A stretch of 48,133 nucleotides of DNA from Eubacteriales bacterium (GTDB lineage Bacteria > Bacillota > Clostridia > Oscillospirales > CAG-272). Shown piece by piece: positions 35,472 through 44,429 of this stretch (the first letter of the stretch is position 1; every line of letters starts with the position of its first letter). The notes beneath the pieces were generated by a model, which saw only the letters and a list, made by a program, of their open reading frames with translations, was not told where the DNA came from and ran no database searches. The stretch is taken from the NCBI GenBank assembly GCA_045595425.1, contig JAZOAL010000083.1, positions 1 through 48,133 on the forward strand. The letters are read 5' to 3'. The position numbers and the translations under genes are program-made.

Positions 35472-36587
35472 GTGAACGATTATGTAAAAACCTATAAAGG
35501 TGAATTTTCAAAAGAGCGTCTCCCGCTTGCCGTAAAAATAATATATGCTCTGACACTTATCACAGCGGTACTGCATATCATTTCCGCTTTTTCCGCAGGC
35601 TTCGCCGATTTTTTTAACCGTTATATCAGCTCTGCTCTGCGCTTCGTTTTGACGCACCTGACAAATTGGATTCCCTTTTCTCTGGCAGAAGCACTGCTTC
35701 TGCTCCTGCCGGTATTTGCTTTTTTGCTCATAAGATATGCAATCAAAAACCATAGCGATTCATGGAGATCTGTGATCATTTATATGGGCTCTATGCTTTC
35801 GGTTGCCTGCTCCTTTTATATTTTGTTTTTCTGGAGCTTCGGAGTTGGGTACAATACCCAAACGCTTGATAAAAAGCTCGACCTCAAAAGAGACAGCGTT
35901 AGTTCCGAGGAGCTGATCGAAACCGCTGTCATACTCACCGAAAAGGTCAACGAAGCCGCGTCAGAGGTGGATTTCAGAGAGATGAATTTTTCGGTTATGC
36001 CCTATGGAATTTCCGAGCTTTCGGACAAGCTGAATGATTCTTATAAAAAGTTCAACCAAACAAATGATATTCTTGCACAGCTCTCAAGCAATCTGAAGCC
36101 TGTTATGCTAAGCGAGGCCATGTCTTATACTCATATAACGGGAGTATATACCTATTTTACGGGCGAAGCCAATTTGAATGTTAACTTTCCCGATTACACA
36201 CTTCCCTTCACCGCCGCCCATGAGTTTGCCCATCAGAGAGGCATTTCAAGAGAGGATGAGGCAAATTTCATGGCATTTCTTGTGTGCATCGGAAGCGATG
36301 ATCCTTATATCCGTTACTGCGGATATCTGAATGTTTTGGAATATGTTTTAAACGCGCTTTACTATGTGTCGCCGACAATCTACCCGGCTGTGATTCAAAT
36401 GATCGATACTGATGTACGAAATGAGCTGAATGCTTACAGAAATTTTTTTGAAAAATACCAAAATTCAATGATAAGCCGACTCAGCGGATCGATCAATGAT
36501 GCCTATCTCAAGCTCAACGGCACAGAAGGAGAAATAAGCTACGGAATGGTCGTTGATCTGGCTGTGGCATACTATAAAGATAATTAA
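35472..36587 (+). CDS. DUF3810-like membrane protein with an HExxH motif
   Basis: A GTG start lies 8 nt after GAGGT. It is 371 aa with several N-terminal TM segments. The block AAHEFAHQRGISREDEANF is typical of DUF3810 putative zinc proteases. Confidence 0.7.
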   Translation: MNDYVKTYKGEFSKERLPLAVKIIYALTLITAVLHIISAFSAGFADFFNRYISSALRFVLTHLTNWIPFSLAEALLLLLPVFAFLLIRYAIKNHSDSWRSVIIYMGSMLSVACSFYILFFWSFGVGYNTQTLDKKLDLKRDSVSSEELIETAVILTEKVNEAASEVDFREMNFSVMPYGISELSDKLNDSYKKFNQTNDILAQLSSNLKPVMLSEAMSYTHITGVYTYFTGEANLNVNFPDYTLPFTAAHEFAHQRGISREDEANFMAFLVCIGSDDPYIRYCGYLNVLEYVLNALYYVSPTIYPAVIQMIDTDVRNELNAYRNFFEKYQNSMISRLSGSINDAYLKLNGTEGEISYGMVVDLAVAYYKDN

Positions 36588-36608
36588 AACAAAACAGGAG
36601 GCGGAAAA

Positions 36609-37670
36609 ATGAGATTTATAAAACAAAGCTTTGCTTTTTTGCTTGGAATGATTCTGATTTTGCCGATTATTTTTTCCGGCTCCGTATCCGCAATCGGCGA
36701 AAATATCCCGACAATATTTATTGATAATGATGCGTGGTATAAATATCGTCTCTTGCCTCTTATCATGAATGAGGAAGAGCACTGTGTCCCGATCTCTGTC
36801 TTTTCAGGCTTTGATTTTCTGTCGGTGAGCTTCAATGATACCTACGGCTGTTATCTGATAACCTCTGAAACAGGTGAATTTCTTTCCGTCAATACGGAAA
36901 AAGGAAGATATCTCGATCACAGAGGAGAGCGCGGCGACATTACAGTTCTTAGTGGCGAAAAGGAATATTATATCTCCGCTGTCAAGGCTGCCGAAGTGCT
37001 TGGACTCGGCATCGAGCTCACAGTTTTCTATGATAAGGATGTCGTCAGACTGTATTCAAAGGAAGATCTTCAGCCCCTTGAGATCCTTATTGACTATTAT
37101 GTCGCCTCCCCCGATTCCATCATCGGAAGCGCAAGTCCGGGAGGAGCTATAAGCCGCAGTGATGTTTTTTCTGCAGTTGCAGATATCTCAGATGTCAAAA
37201 CAGATGTAATCAACACGCTTCTTGATCTTGCAGACAGCATAAATGTCACAATGACCTTTGCCGTCAACGCCGAATTTGTGAGCAACAACAAAAATCTGCC
37301 CATACTTCTTAAAATTGCGGCATCCGGTCACACCTTTGCTATAAGCATAGATCCCGAGAGCGATATTGATCCGCTGTCACAGGCAGAAAACTGCAATGAT
37401 CAGCTTTATCAGCTTTTTAAACAAAAAACATTACTTGTGCTCGGAAGCAATGACAAGTCAAGGCTTTCGGAAAAAGGATATACTGTTTTGAGCAATATGC
37501 AAAAAATCAGTGAGCTTTCAAGCATCGAAAGCTTAAACCTCAAAAGGGTCAGGCTTATTTTCTTTGACAGCACAAATATGATGAACCAATCAAAATTCAT
37601 TGCCATAGCTCGTGCAGCCACCGATGCAGGTAAAAGGGTTGCGGCGCTGAATCCGCTCACAGGAAAATAA
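36609..37670 (+). CDS. Hypothetical secreted protein
   Basis: 353 aa with the signal peptide MRFIKQSFAFLLGMILILPIIFSGSVSA and a strong RBS AGGAGG. The C-terminal half has faint NodB/deacetylase-like blocks (VTMTFAVNAEF, SGHTFAIS, RLIFFDS) that lack the usual catalytic Asp/His residues. This is my impression only. Confidence 0.6.
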   Translation: MRFIKQSFAFLLGMILILPIIFSGSVSAIGENIPTIFIDNDAWYKYRLLPLIMNEEEHCVPISVFSGFDFLSVSFNDTYGCYLITSETGEFLSVNTEKGRYLDHRGERGDITVLSGEKEYYISAVKAAEVLGLGIELTVFYDKDVVRLYSKEDLQPLEILIDYYVASPDSIIGSASPGGAISRSDVFSAVADISDVKTDVINTLLDLADSINVTMTFAVNAEFVSNNKNLPILLKIAASGHTFAISIDPESDIDPLSQAENCNDQLYQLFKQKTLLVLGSNDKSRLSEKGYTVLSNMQKISELSSIESLNLKRVRLIFFDSTNMMNQSKFIAIARAATDAGKRVAALNPLTGK

Positions 37671-37770
37671 ACTGTTTATAAAAGCAGTTATGGACCCGAT
37701 ATGATATCTACAAAAGACATCAAAAACACAAAGAAAGGCAGCCGCTGAAAAGCTGAGGCTTGGTGACAGC

Positions 37771-38481
37771 ATGAATGAAAAAAAGAAAATATTGATCGTT
37801 GAGGATGAGAGCAATATCGCACAGATACTCGCCGTTAACCTGATGCTGGCAGGGTATGATTACGAAATTGCTTCCGATGGAGAAGAAGGTTTAAATAAAG
37901 CACTGACAGGTGCTTTTGATCTGATCCTGCTTGATCTTATGCTCCCGAAGATGAATGGCTTTGAGGTCTGCGCCAGAGTCAGAAAAAAACTGGCAACTCC
38001 GATAATTATGGTCACTGCAAGAGAAGAGGAAAAAGACAAGATTCTGGGGCTTGATACAGGAGCTGACGATTATGTCACAAAGCCCTTTTCCTTCAGCGAG
38101 CTTCTCTCACGCATTAAAGCCAATATCAGAAGGAGCTCAAACGAGCTTGTAAGTCCCGGGCAGGAAGCCTCGGAGGAGGAAACCTCCATAAGGATAAGAG
38201 GTCTATGTATTGATACCGAAAAATACGATGTCACCATAGACGGCAACCAGATATCCCTGTCAAGACAGGAGTATGATCTGCTGCTGTTTCTCGCAAAAAA
38301 TATCGGAAAGCCCTATACAAGGGAGCAGCTGATGGAAAATGTTTGGGGTTATGAAGGTTATCTCGGAGATATACGCGCGGTGGACGTAACGGTTTCCCGC
38401 CTGCGCGCAAAGCTCGAAAAAGATCCCGGAGATCCCGAATATCTGCTGACAAAGCGCGGCATCGGTTATTATCTCAAATAA
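37771..38481 (+). CDS. walR: OmpR-family response regulator (WalR/YycF-like)
   Basis: 236 aa with receiver motifs (ILIVEDE, LILLDLMLPKMNG) and a winged-helix output domain (LTKRGIGYYLK). The symbol rests on operon context (HK with HAMP-PAS plus YycH/YycI-like genes). Confidence 0.7.
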   Translation: MNEKKKILIVEDESNIAQILAVNLMLAGYDYEIASDGEEGLNKALTGAFDLILLDLMLPKMNGFEVCARVRKKLATPIIMVTAREEEKDKILGLDTGADDYVTKPFSFSELLSRIKANIRRSSNELVSPGQEASEEETSIRIRGLCIDTEKYDVTIDGNQISLSRQEYDLLLFLAKNIGKPYTREQLMENVWGYEGYLGDIRAVDVTVSRLRAKLEKDPGDPEYLLTKRGIGYYLK

Positions 38482-38502
38482 TAAAGAAAAGGAATCGGAA
38501 TT

Positions 38503-40305
38503 ATGTATAAGAGTCTGTATTCCAAAATCATACTTATTCTCGTTGTATTTATAATCACTGTTATGAGCGTTGTGGCGGTCGTTCTTCTCGGAAACATATA
38601 CAGCTATTATTCAGGTGCTTTTACGCAGATAATGGATAGTACATTTGAAGAGGACTCACCTCTTTATATAGAGCTGCAAAACTCCCTCGGAAACGCTGAC
38701 TATGTGCGCCGCCAAAAGGAAATACTGCTTTCATACAGCAGTATTCTCGGCATCGACAGCTACCGAAATTTCTATATTCTTGATATGAACGGCAATTGTC
38801 TTGAGAGCTCGGATTCCGCAAACGATGACGCGCCCGAAAAAACGCCTAATCTGATCAGTGCAATGAACAGAAAGACATCGGGAGCGCAGAGTCAGGCTGT
38901 CTCTTACACTGACTATGCCCTTTATCTTGAACACGAGGATCGCTCCTGCATTATCTATATCAAGGATACGCAGGATGATATGCGTCAGCTTAGCTGGATG
39001 CTCTTTACGATCATTCTGCAGTCAATACTTATCGGTCTCGTTATCGCCGTTGTCATGGCATTCTTTCTCTCAAAGGCAATAACAGCACCGATTCAGAATC
39101 TGACAAACGGAGCAAAGCTCGTTGCGGCAGGTGATTTTTCCCATAAGATAGAGGTTCACTCAAAAGACGAGATCGGCGTTCTCACAGGCACCTTCAACCA
39201 CATGAAGAAAACTCTGAAAACCACCATAGACGAGGTTGCGGGCGAACGCCAGAAGCTTGAAACCGTATTTTCACACCTTCAGGCAGGAGTCGTAACCTTC
39301 ACAGATGAGGGAAAGGTTCTCAATATAAATCAGTTTGCAAGAGATCTTCTGGGTGAAAAATTCAGTGAAAAATTTACCCTTACCACCATGCTCAATCTCT
39401 TTGACATCCAAGGTGCCGGAGAAAACGGACGCGAGGAGCTTCCGGATGAAAATAACATCATCTTTGATGAAGTCATTTTTTCCGACAGAGTTCTCGAAGT
39501 CAATTTCGGCGGGATAAAATATAACGAAGCAGGAGAGATGCGGGACGGAATAATCACGGTAATCCATGATGTAACATCGCGTTATGAGCTCGAAAAAGCC
39601 AGACGCGAATTCGTCGCAAACGTATCCCATGAGCTCCGCACACCTCTTACATCGATCAAAGGTGCTTGTGAAACCGTGCTCGATCATCCGGAGCTTCCCG
39701 ATGAGATAAGAACCAAGCTTCTTGAAATGACAGTCAGCGAAAGCAACAGAATGACAGGTATCGTCAAAGACCTTCTTACCCTTTCGCGCCTTGATAATAA
39801 ACGCACAAAATGGCAAATCGTTGAATTTGACATGAATGATTCTCTCCGCCATCTGTGCGAGGTTATGAATGTTGACGCCACCTCCCACGGTCATAAGCTC
39901 ATCCTTCAGGCGGATGAGACTTTGCCAAGGATCACTGCCGATAAGGACAGGATAGATCAGGTCATCGTCAATATCATTTCAAATGCAATTAAATATACTC
40001 CCGATGGCGGAACGATCGTTATCGGGACCTCAATGACCGACAAGGATAACGTGCTCATCCGCATAATGGATAACGGTCTCGGTATTCCCGAAAAGGATCT
40101 TCCCAGAATTTTCGAACGTTTCTACCGAGTTGAAAAAGCACGCACAAGCGACACCGGTGGAACCGGTCTCGGTCTTGCAATTGCGAAAGAGCTTATAGAA
40201 GCACACGGAGGAAGCATAAAAATCCAAAGCAAGCTGAATGTGGGTACGATGGTTGATATAACTCTTCCCGTTCGCACTAAGCTTGAAAACGAAACCGCAG
40301 AATAA
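38503..40305 (+). CDS. walK: Sensor histidine kinase (WalK/YycG-like: 2 TM, extracytoplasmic loop, HAMP, PAS, HisKA, HATPase)
   Basis: 600 aa. It has the H-box SHELRTPLTSIKG, N-box NAIKYTP, G-boxes DNGLGIP and GGTGLGLAIAKE, and TM segments near aa 9-31 and 163-189. Confidence 0.7.
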   Translation: MYKSLYSKIILILVVFIITVMSVVAVVLLGNIYSYYSGAFTQIMDSTFEEDSPLYIELQNSLGNADYVRRQKEILLSYSSILGIDSYRNFYILDMNGNCLESSDSANDDAPEKTPNLISAMNRKTSGAQSQAVSYTDYALYLEHEDRSCIIYIKDTQDDMRQLSWMLFTIILQSILIGLVIAVVMAFFLSKAITAPIQNLTNGAKLVAAGDFSHKIEVHSKDEIGVLTGTFNHMKKTLKTTIDEVAGERQKLETVFSHLQAGVVTFTDEGKVLNINQFARDLLGEKFSEKFTLTTMLNLFDIQGAGENGREELPDENNIIFDEVIFSDRVLEVNFGGIKYNEAGEMRDGIITVIHDVTSRYELEKARREFVANVSHELRTPLTSIKGACETVLDHPELPDEIRTKLLEMTVSESNRMTGIVKDLLTLSRLDNKRTKWQIVEFDMNDSLRHLCEVMNVDATSHGHKLILQADETLPRITADKDRIDQVIVNIISNAIKYTPDGGTIVIGTSMTDKDNVLIRIMDNGLGIPEKDLPRIFERFYRVEKARTSDTGGTGLGLAIAKELIEAHGGSIKIQSKLNVGTMVDITLPVRTKLENETAE

Positions 40306-40323
40306 ACGAAAGGAGGCATCAAT

Positions 40324-41754
40324 ATGAAAAAGAACACCAAAGCTGTCGATATTTTGAGAACTGTACTTATAGCACTATTTTTCATTGCCGCGATCAGCAT
40401 GGTATTTCTGCATTTCATAGCTCTTCGTCAAAAAAACGAAAACGCATCGGATGCCTCTGATTTCAACGTAAATTTAAACTTAAGATCGGATGCAAAATCA
40501 AGCTATAGCAGTCTCGCGAAGGATACTTTGCTGCCAAGCTCCGTCGCCGTGAAAAAAGCAGGCAGGCAAATGTTTGCAATCACCTCAGGCAGTGACTATA
40601 TTACAGAAGTTTACTCCCTTTTAGGGCAAAATTTAGCATATATACTCGGTGACTCCTGCATAGCCGAAACCGAAACCGATCCAAAGGCTTTTGACAATGC
40701 TCTTTCATCGGAGAATCTGATTTACATTAAATATCACACATCTCTTCCCGGGGTTCTGATCTATATCCATGCACTGGGCGACATCTCGGCCCCCCCGATC
40801 ATGGCTATCGGAGAAAAAACAAGATATCTTTATATATCAGAGCTGATTATATTTCCCTTAGACAGCGGCAAAGACGGTCTTATCGCGATGGCAAGGTCGT
40901 CACACGGGGAAACAACTCGATTCAATATATCCGAATCGCCAACGCAGGAACTGGCTGATACCGATGATTTTGACATTTATAGAGAAGCGGAGATCATGAC
41001 TCCCGCTTCCTTTGCAGGAGCAGATAACAGCGGTGCTGTGCTCGCTTCAACTCTCGTTTATGATGTTGGCAAGACCTATTATAAAGCCAATGTAACTCAA
41101 GGTTCGCAGGGACTTTCCCAAAACTCAGAGCTTCAAGCGGAGCTTGCGGCGCTTATCGACATTAACCCTGATAAAACAGGAAGCTATTATGATGAATCAA
41201 TAGGCGGAACAGTCTACATGGCAACACACGGCACTCTCACGGTATGCGATGAAAGTATTGTATACTCAACAGCCAATAACACAGGCGGCGGTGTGGAGCT
41301 TTCCTATTACTCGGGAAAAGCCTCGGGAGAAGAACACGCAATGTACGAATGTCTCTCCATCGCCGAATCCCTGACTCTTGCTCTCCGAACACTCGGCAAG
41401 GATTCTCCGATCCTCGGAGGTGAAGCGGAAATACAAATAACAGATCTTTACCGCAGCGGAGAAAAGCTGATACTTGAATACAGCTATTTTTACGATAATA
41501 TTCCGATTTCAGATTATTTGACCGCCATCAGAATGGAGCTTACATCAAGCAAGCTTACAAAGCTTGAGCTTTCCCCTTATAATGCCACTGTAAATAAAGC
41601 GGAACAGCAAAAATGTATCGCTCCTCTCTGGATATTGAATATTATGAAAAGCAATATCAACGATGAAGCAGACTATACCATAGTATATAAATATACCGAA
41701 ACCGAAAACGGCAGTTATGAGGCCGAATGGATACCTACAAGAATAAAAAAATAA
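40324..41754 (+). CDS. Single-pass membrane protein, positional analogue of YycH
   Basis: 476 aa with an N-terminal TM helix (ILRTVLIALFFIAAISMVFL) and a large extracytoplasmic body. It lies directly after the kinase gene, as yycH does in Bacillus. No motif-level proof is available. Confidence 0.5.
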   Translation: MKKNTKAVDILRTVLIALFFIAAISMVFLHFIALRQKNENASDASDFNVNLNLRSDAKSSYSSLAKDTLLPSSVAVKKAGRQMFAITSGSDYITEVYSLLGQNLAYILGDSCIAETETDPKAFDNALSSENLIYIKYHTSLPGVLIYIHALGDISAPPIMAIGEKTRYLYISELIIFPLDSGKDGLIAMARSSHGETTRFNISESPTQELADTDDFDIYREAEIMTPASFAGADNSGAVLASTLVYDVGKTYYKANVTQGSQGLSQNSELQAELAALIDINPDKTGSYYDESIGGTVYMATHGTLTVCDESIVYSTANNTGGGVELSYYSGKASGEEHAMYECLSIAESLTLALRTLGKDSPILGGEAEIQITDLYRSGEKLILEYSYFYDNIPISDYLTAIRMELTSSKLTKLELSPYNATVNKAEQQKCIAPLWILNIMKSNINDEADYTIVYKYTETENGSYEAEWIPTRIKK

Positions 41755-41772
41755 CTTAGAAAGGAGAACGGT

Positions 41773-42708
41773 ATGAACTGGAAAAGCATAAAAAATTTTA
41801 TGATAATTCTTCTTGTCGCAGTCAACGTTTTCCTTGCCTTTATGCTGATAAGACAAACGAGCATGAAGCTATATAACGATCAATCACTCTCGGATATCAA
41901 AGAAATACTTCTTTCAAGCGGAATTATTGCCGATGATGAATTTTTGACGCTGAAAACCAAGGTTTTAAATGTCTACGGATGCAATATCGATAAAAACTAT
42001 GCTTCACAAACGGCAGATATGCTTATGAAGGATGGCTATGCAGATACATTCGTAACACCTGAAGGAATAACCTTTTTCAGCAAAAACGGAGATTTGCTCA
42101 AAGTCGGAAACGGCTTCGAAATATATTATTCCGCAGTCAGCTTTTCCTTGCCCGAGCAGGACGGCTCCGCAATAAGAGAAGAAGAGATGCAAAGCTTGAA
42201 CGAAATGCTCGGCTCACTTCTTTTAAGCAATAGCCTTGACAATGAAAAATACGGTTTTATTATTGAAAGAACAAGCAAAACAGGAGATATTCTCATTGCA
42301 CATGTAAAGCAGACTGTTGACAAAATTCCTGTCGGTAACCACTATCTTGAATGTATATTCAAAGAAGATCAACTTCTTTATCTTAACGGAAGATGGTGTT
42401 TTTTGCCGATAAATGAAAATTCTTCTGCACATTTGCTCGACAGCGTCAATATACTGTTTAATGAGAAGAATGAGCTTGATGCGCAAAAAGTTCAAAACAA
42501 TGAGGACTCCTCAGCTTCAAAGGATGCAGAGCCTTCACGAAACACAATAAAGGTCAAAAGCATGGATCAATGCTACTGCTCACATCTTTCAAATGACGGA
42601 TCAAAGCTTTATTTCATTCCCTCCTGGCATATTGAATGGGAAGAGGATAATATCGAGGACACATATTATAATGCCATAAACGGTGAAAAAAGTCCTTTTC
42701 ACAATTAA
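41773..42708 (+). CDS. YycI-like single-pass membrane protein
   Basis: 311 aa. The N-terminus MNWKSIKNFMIILLVAVNVFLAF resembles the M(D/N)W..(K)..FI...L.N.FL start of YycI proteins, and the operon position fits. Confidence 0.55.
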   Translation: MNWKSIKNFMIILLVAVNVFLAFMLIRQTSMKLYNDQSLSDIKEILLSSGIIADDEFLTLKTKVLNVYGCNIDKNYASQTADMLMKDGYADTFVTPEGITFFSKNGDLLKVGNGFEIYYSAVSFSLPEQDGSAIREEEMQSLNEMLGSLLLSNSLDNEKYGFIIERTSKTGDILIAHVKQTVDKIPVGNHYLECIFKEDQLLYLNGRWCFLPINENSSAHLLDSVNILFNEKNELDAQKVQNNEDSSASKDAEPSRNTIKVKSMDQCYCSHLSNDGSKLYFIPSWHIEWEEDNIEDTYYNAINGEKSPFHN

Positions 42709-42806
42709 ATGTAAATTAAAATATACGACATTGTTATTTTTTTGTCATTTTGTTAAAAATAATATAAAAAATGTTTAAGTATTCGTTTTCAATTTGTCCG
42801 AATTTG

Positions 42807-42815
42807 TGTTATAAT
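42807..42815 (+). promoter_or_regulatory. Extended -10 element upstream of murA
   Basis: TGTTATAAT has the TGn plus TATAAT form. Only weak -35 candidates (TTTCAA/TTTTCA) occur 16-18 nt upstream. This is about 86 nt before the murA ATG. Confidence 0.5.
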
Positions 42816-42901
42816 ATAAAGAGGTGTTCCCCAAGGGGACCGTTTGTTTGATTATTTCACTTAAATTTATATAAAACCCTGAAAAGAAGAGGTTTGACCT
42901 T

Positions 42902-44167
42902 ATGGAAAGATACATAGTAAACGGCGGTCATGAGCTGCACGGGGATGTTGAGATCAGCGGAATGAAAAATGCCGCCCTTCCCATCGTTGTTGCAAGTATT
43001 CTCACCGGCGAAAAATGCACTATAGAAAATCTGCCGGTGATCAGTGACGTTAAGAAATCCCTTGACATTCTTGAAGCAATGGGGGCTGAGATCACTTATG
43101 AAGACAGAAACTGCGTTACGATCGATTCGGCAAATGTAAAAGGCGGAATCTCCCCCTATGAGCTTGTGAGCAAAATGCGCGGTTCAACATACCTTATCGG
43201 TGCAGAGCTGGCAAGATTCGGAAAAGCTAAAGTGGGTTGGCCCGGCGGCTGCGATTTCGGTGTTCGCCCCATCGACCAGCATATAAAAGGCTTTGAAGCT
43301 CTTGGTGCAAAGGTCACGGTGGATACAGAAAACGGATATATTTACGCTGATGCCGAAAATGGGCTCCACGGAAATTCCGTATATTTCGATGTTGTCTCCG
43401 TCGGTGCAACGATAAATGTTATGATCGCGGCTGTTCTTGCTAAAGGGAAAACCATTATTGACAATGCCGCAAGAGAACCGCACATCGTTGACCTTGCCAA
43501 CTTCTTTAATACCTGTGGGGCAAAGATAACAGGGGCAGGAACCAGCGTTATCAAGATTCAGGGCGTTGAAAAGCTCCACGGCTGTACATATGCCATAATC
43601 CCGGACATGATCGAAGCCGGAACCTTCATGGCGGCGGTTTCAGCAGCCGGAGGTAAGATCTGCGTTAAAAATGTCATTCCCAAGCATATGGAAAGCGTTT
43701 CCGCAAAGCTTGAGGAAATGGGAATGGTCATTGAGGAGTTTGACGATTATATCACAATTGAAAAGATAAAGCCCCTCAAACGTATTCAGATAAAAACATT
43801 GCCCTATCCCGGTTTTCCAACGGATATGCACCCACAGCTCACATCGGTTCTTTGCCTCGCAGAAGGCACAAGCACTGTTTCGGAAGGTGTTTGGGACAAC
43901 CGCTTCAGATATGTTGAAGAGCTTCAAAAAATGGGCGCAGATATAACAGTTGAAGGCGTTTCGGCAAAGGTAAACGGAGTGCCGAAGCTAAAGGGAGCCG
44001 AAGTCAAGGCAGTTGACCTTCGTGCAGGTGCGGCAATGATTATTGCAGGCCTTGCAGCAGAAGGAACTACCGAGATCACTAATATCATGTCCATCGAGCG
44101 AGGATATGATGATATCGTCGGAAAGCTGAAAAGCCTCGGGGCAGATATCCAAAAGATCGATGAATGA
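42902..44167 (+). CDS. murA: UDP-N-acetylglucosamine 1-carboxyvinyltransferase
   Basis: 421 aa. It has the N-terminus ...GHELHGDVEISGMKNAALP and the active-site Cys loop WPGGCDFGVRPIDQHIKG, with a typical C-terminus. Confidence 0.95.
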   Translation: MERYIVNGGHELHGDVEISGMKNAALPIVVASILTGEKCTIENLPVISDVKKSLDILEAMGAEITYEDRNCVTIDSANVKGGISPYELVSKMRGSTYLIGAELARFGKAKVGWPGGCDFGVRPIDQHIKGFEALGAKVTVDTENGYIYADAENGLHGNSVYFDVVSVGATINVMIAAVLAKGKTIIDNAAREPHIVDLANFFNTCGAKITGAGTSVIKIQGVEKLHGCTYAIIPDMIEAGTFMAAVSAAGGKICVKNVIPKHMESVSAKLEEMGMVIEEFDDYITIEKIKPLKRIQIKTLPYPGFPTDMHPQLTSVLCLAEGTSTVSEGVWDNRFRYVEELQKMGADITVEGVSAKVNGVPKLKGAEVKAVDLRAGAAMIIAGLAAEGTTEITNIMSIERGYDDIVGKLKSLGADIQKIDE

Positions 44168-44206
44168 TCTTAACATTTCAACAATTGTTTTCAGAGATTG
44201 AAAATT

Positions 44207-44255
44207 AAAAAATCCGTCATAACAGGCTTCCTTCACCCTGTTATGACGGATTTTT
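44207..44255. terminator. Bidirectional intrinsic terminator between convergent murA and the symporter gene
   Basis: AAAAAATCCGTCATAACAGG-CTTCCTTCAC-CCTGTTATGACGGATTTTT has a long perfect stem flanked by an A-run and a T-run. Confidence 0.85.
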
Positions 44256-44295
44256 ACTTATATGATCGGTAAACTAAAAAACTCACATTAAAACT

Positions 44296-44409
44296 AAAAA
44301 CAATTATTTAGCGAAGAAGTTAGTGAACACTCATATAACTCCCTCACCGCCTCCGGCGGAGAGGGAGTTTCTTTGGGGTAAACTTAATTCTTTGCTAAAT
44401 TATTGTTTG
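44296..44409. repeat. Locus 3 of the TIR-bounded intergenic repeat family
   Basis: The variant L end is AAAAACAATTATTTAGCG (44296-44313) and the R end is GCTAAATTATTGTTTG (44394-44409). The R end matches the locus 1 R end over 15 nt. An internal hairpin is CTCCCTCACCGCC-TCC-GGCGGAGAGGGAG. Confidence 0.7.
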
Positions 44410-44429
44410 ATTACACAAAGTTGATGTTT

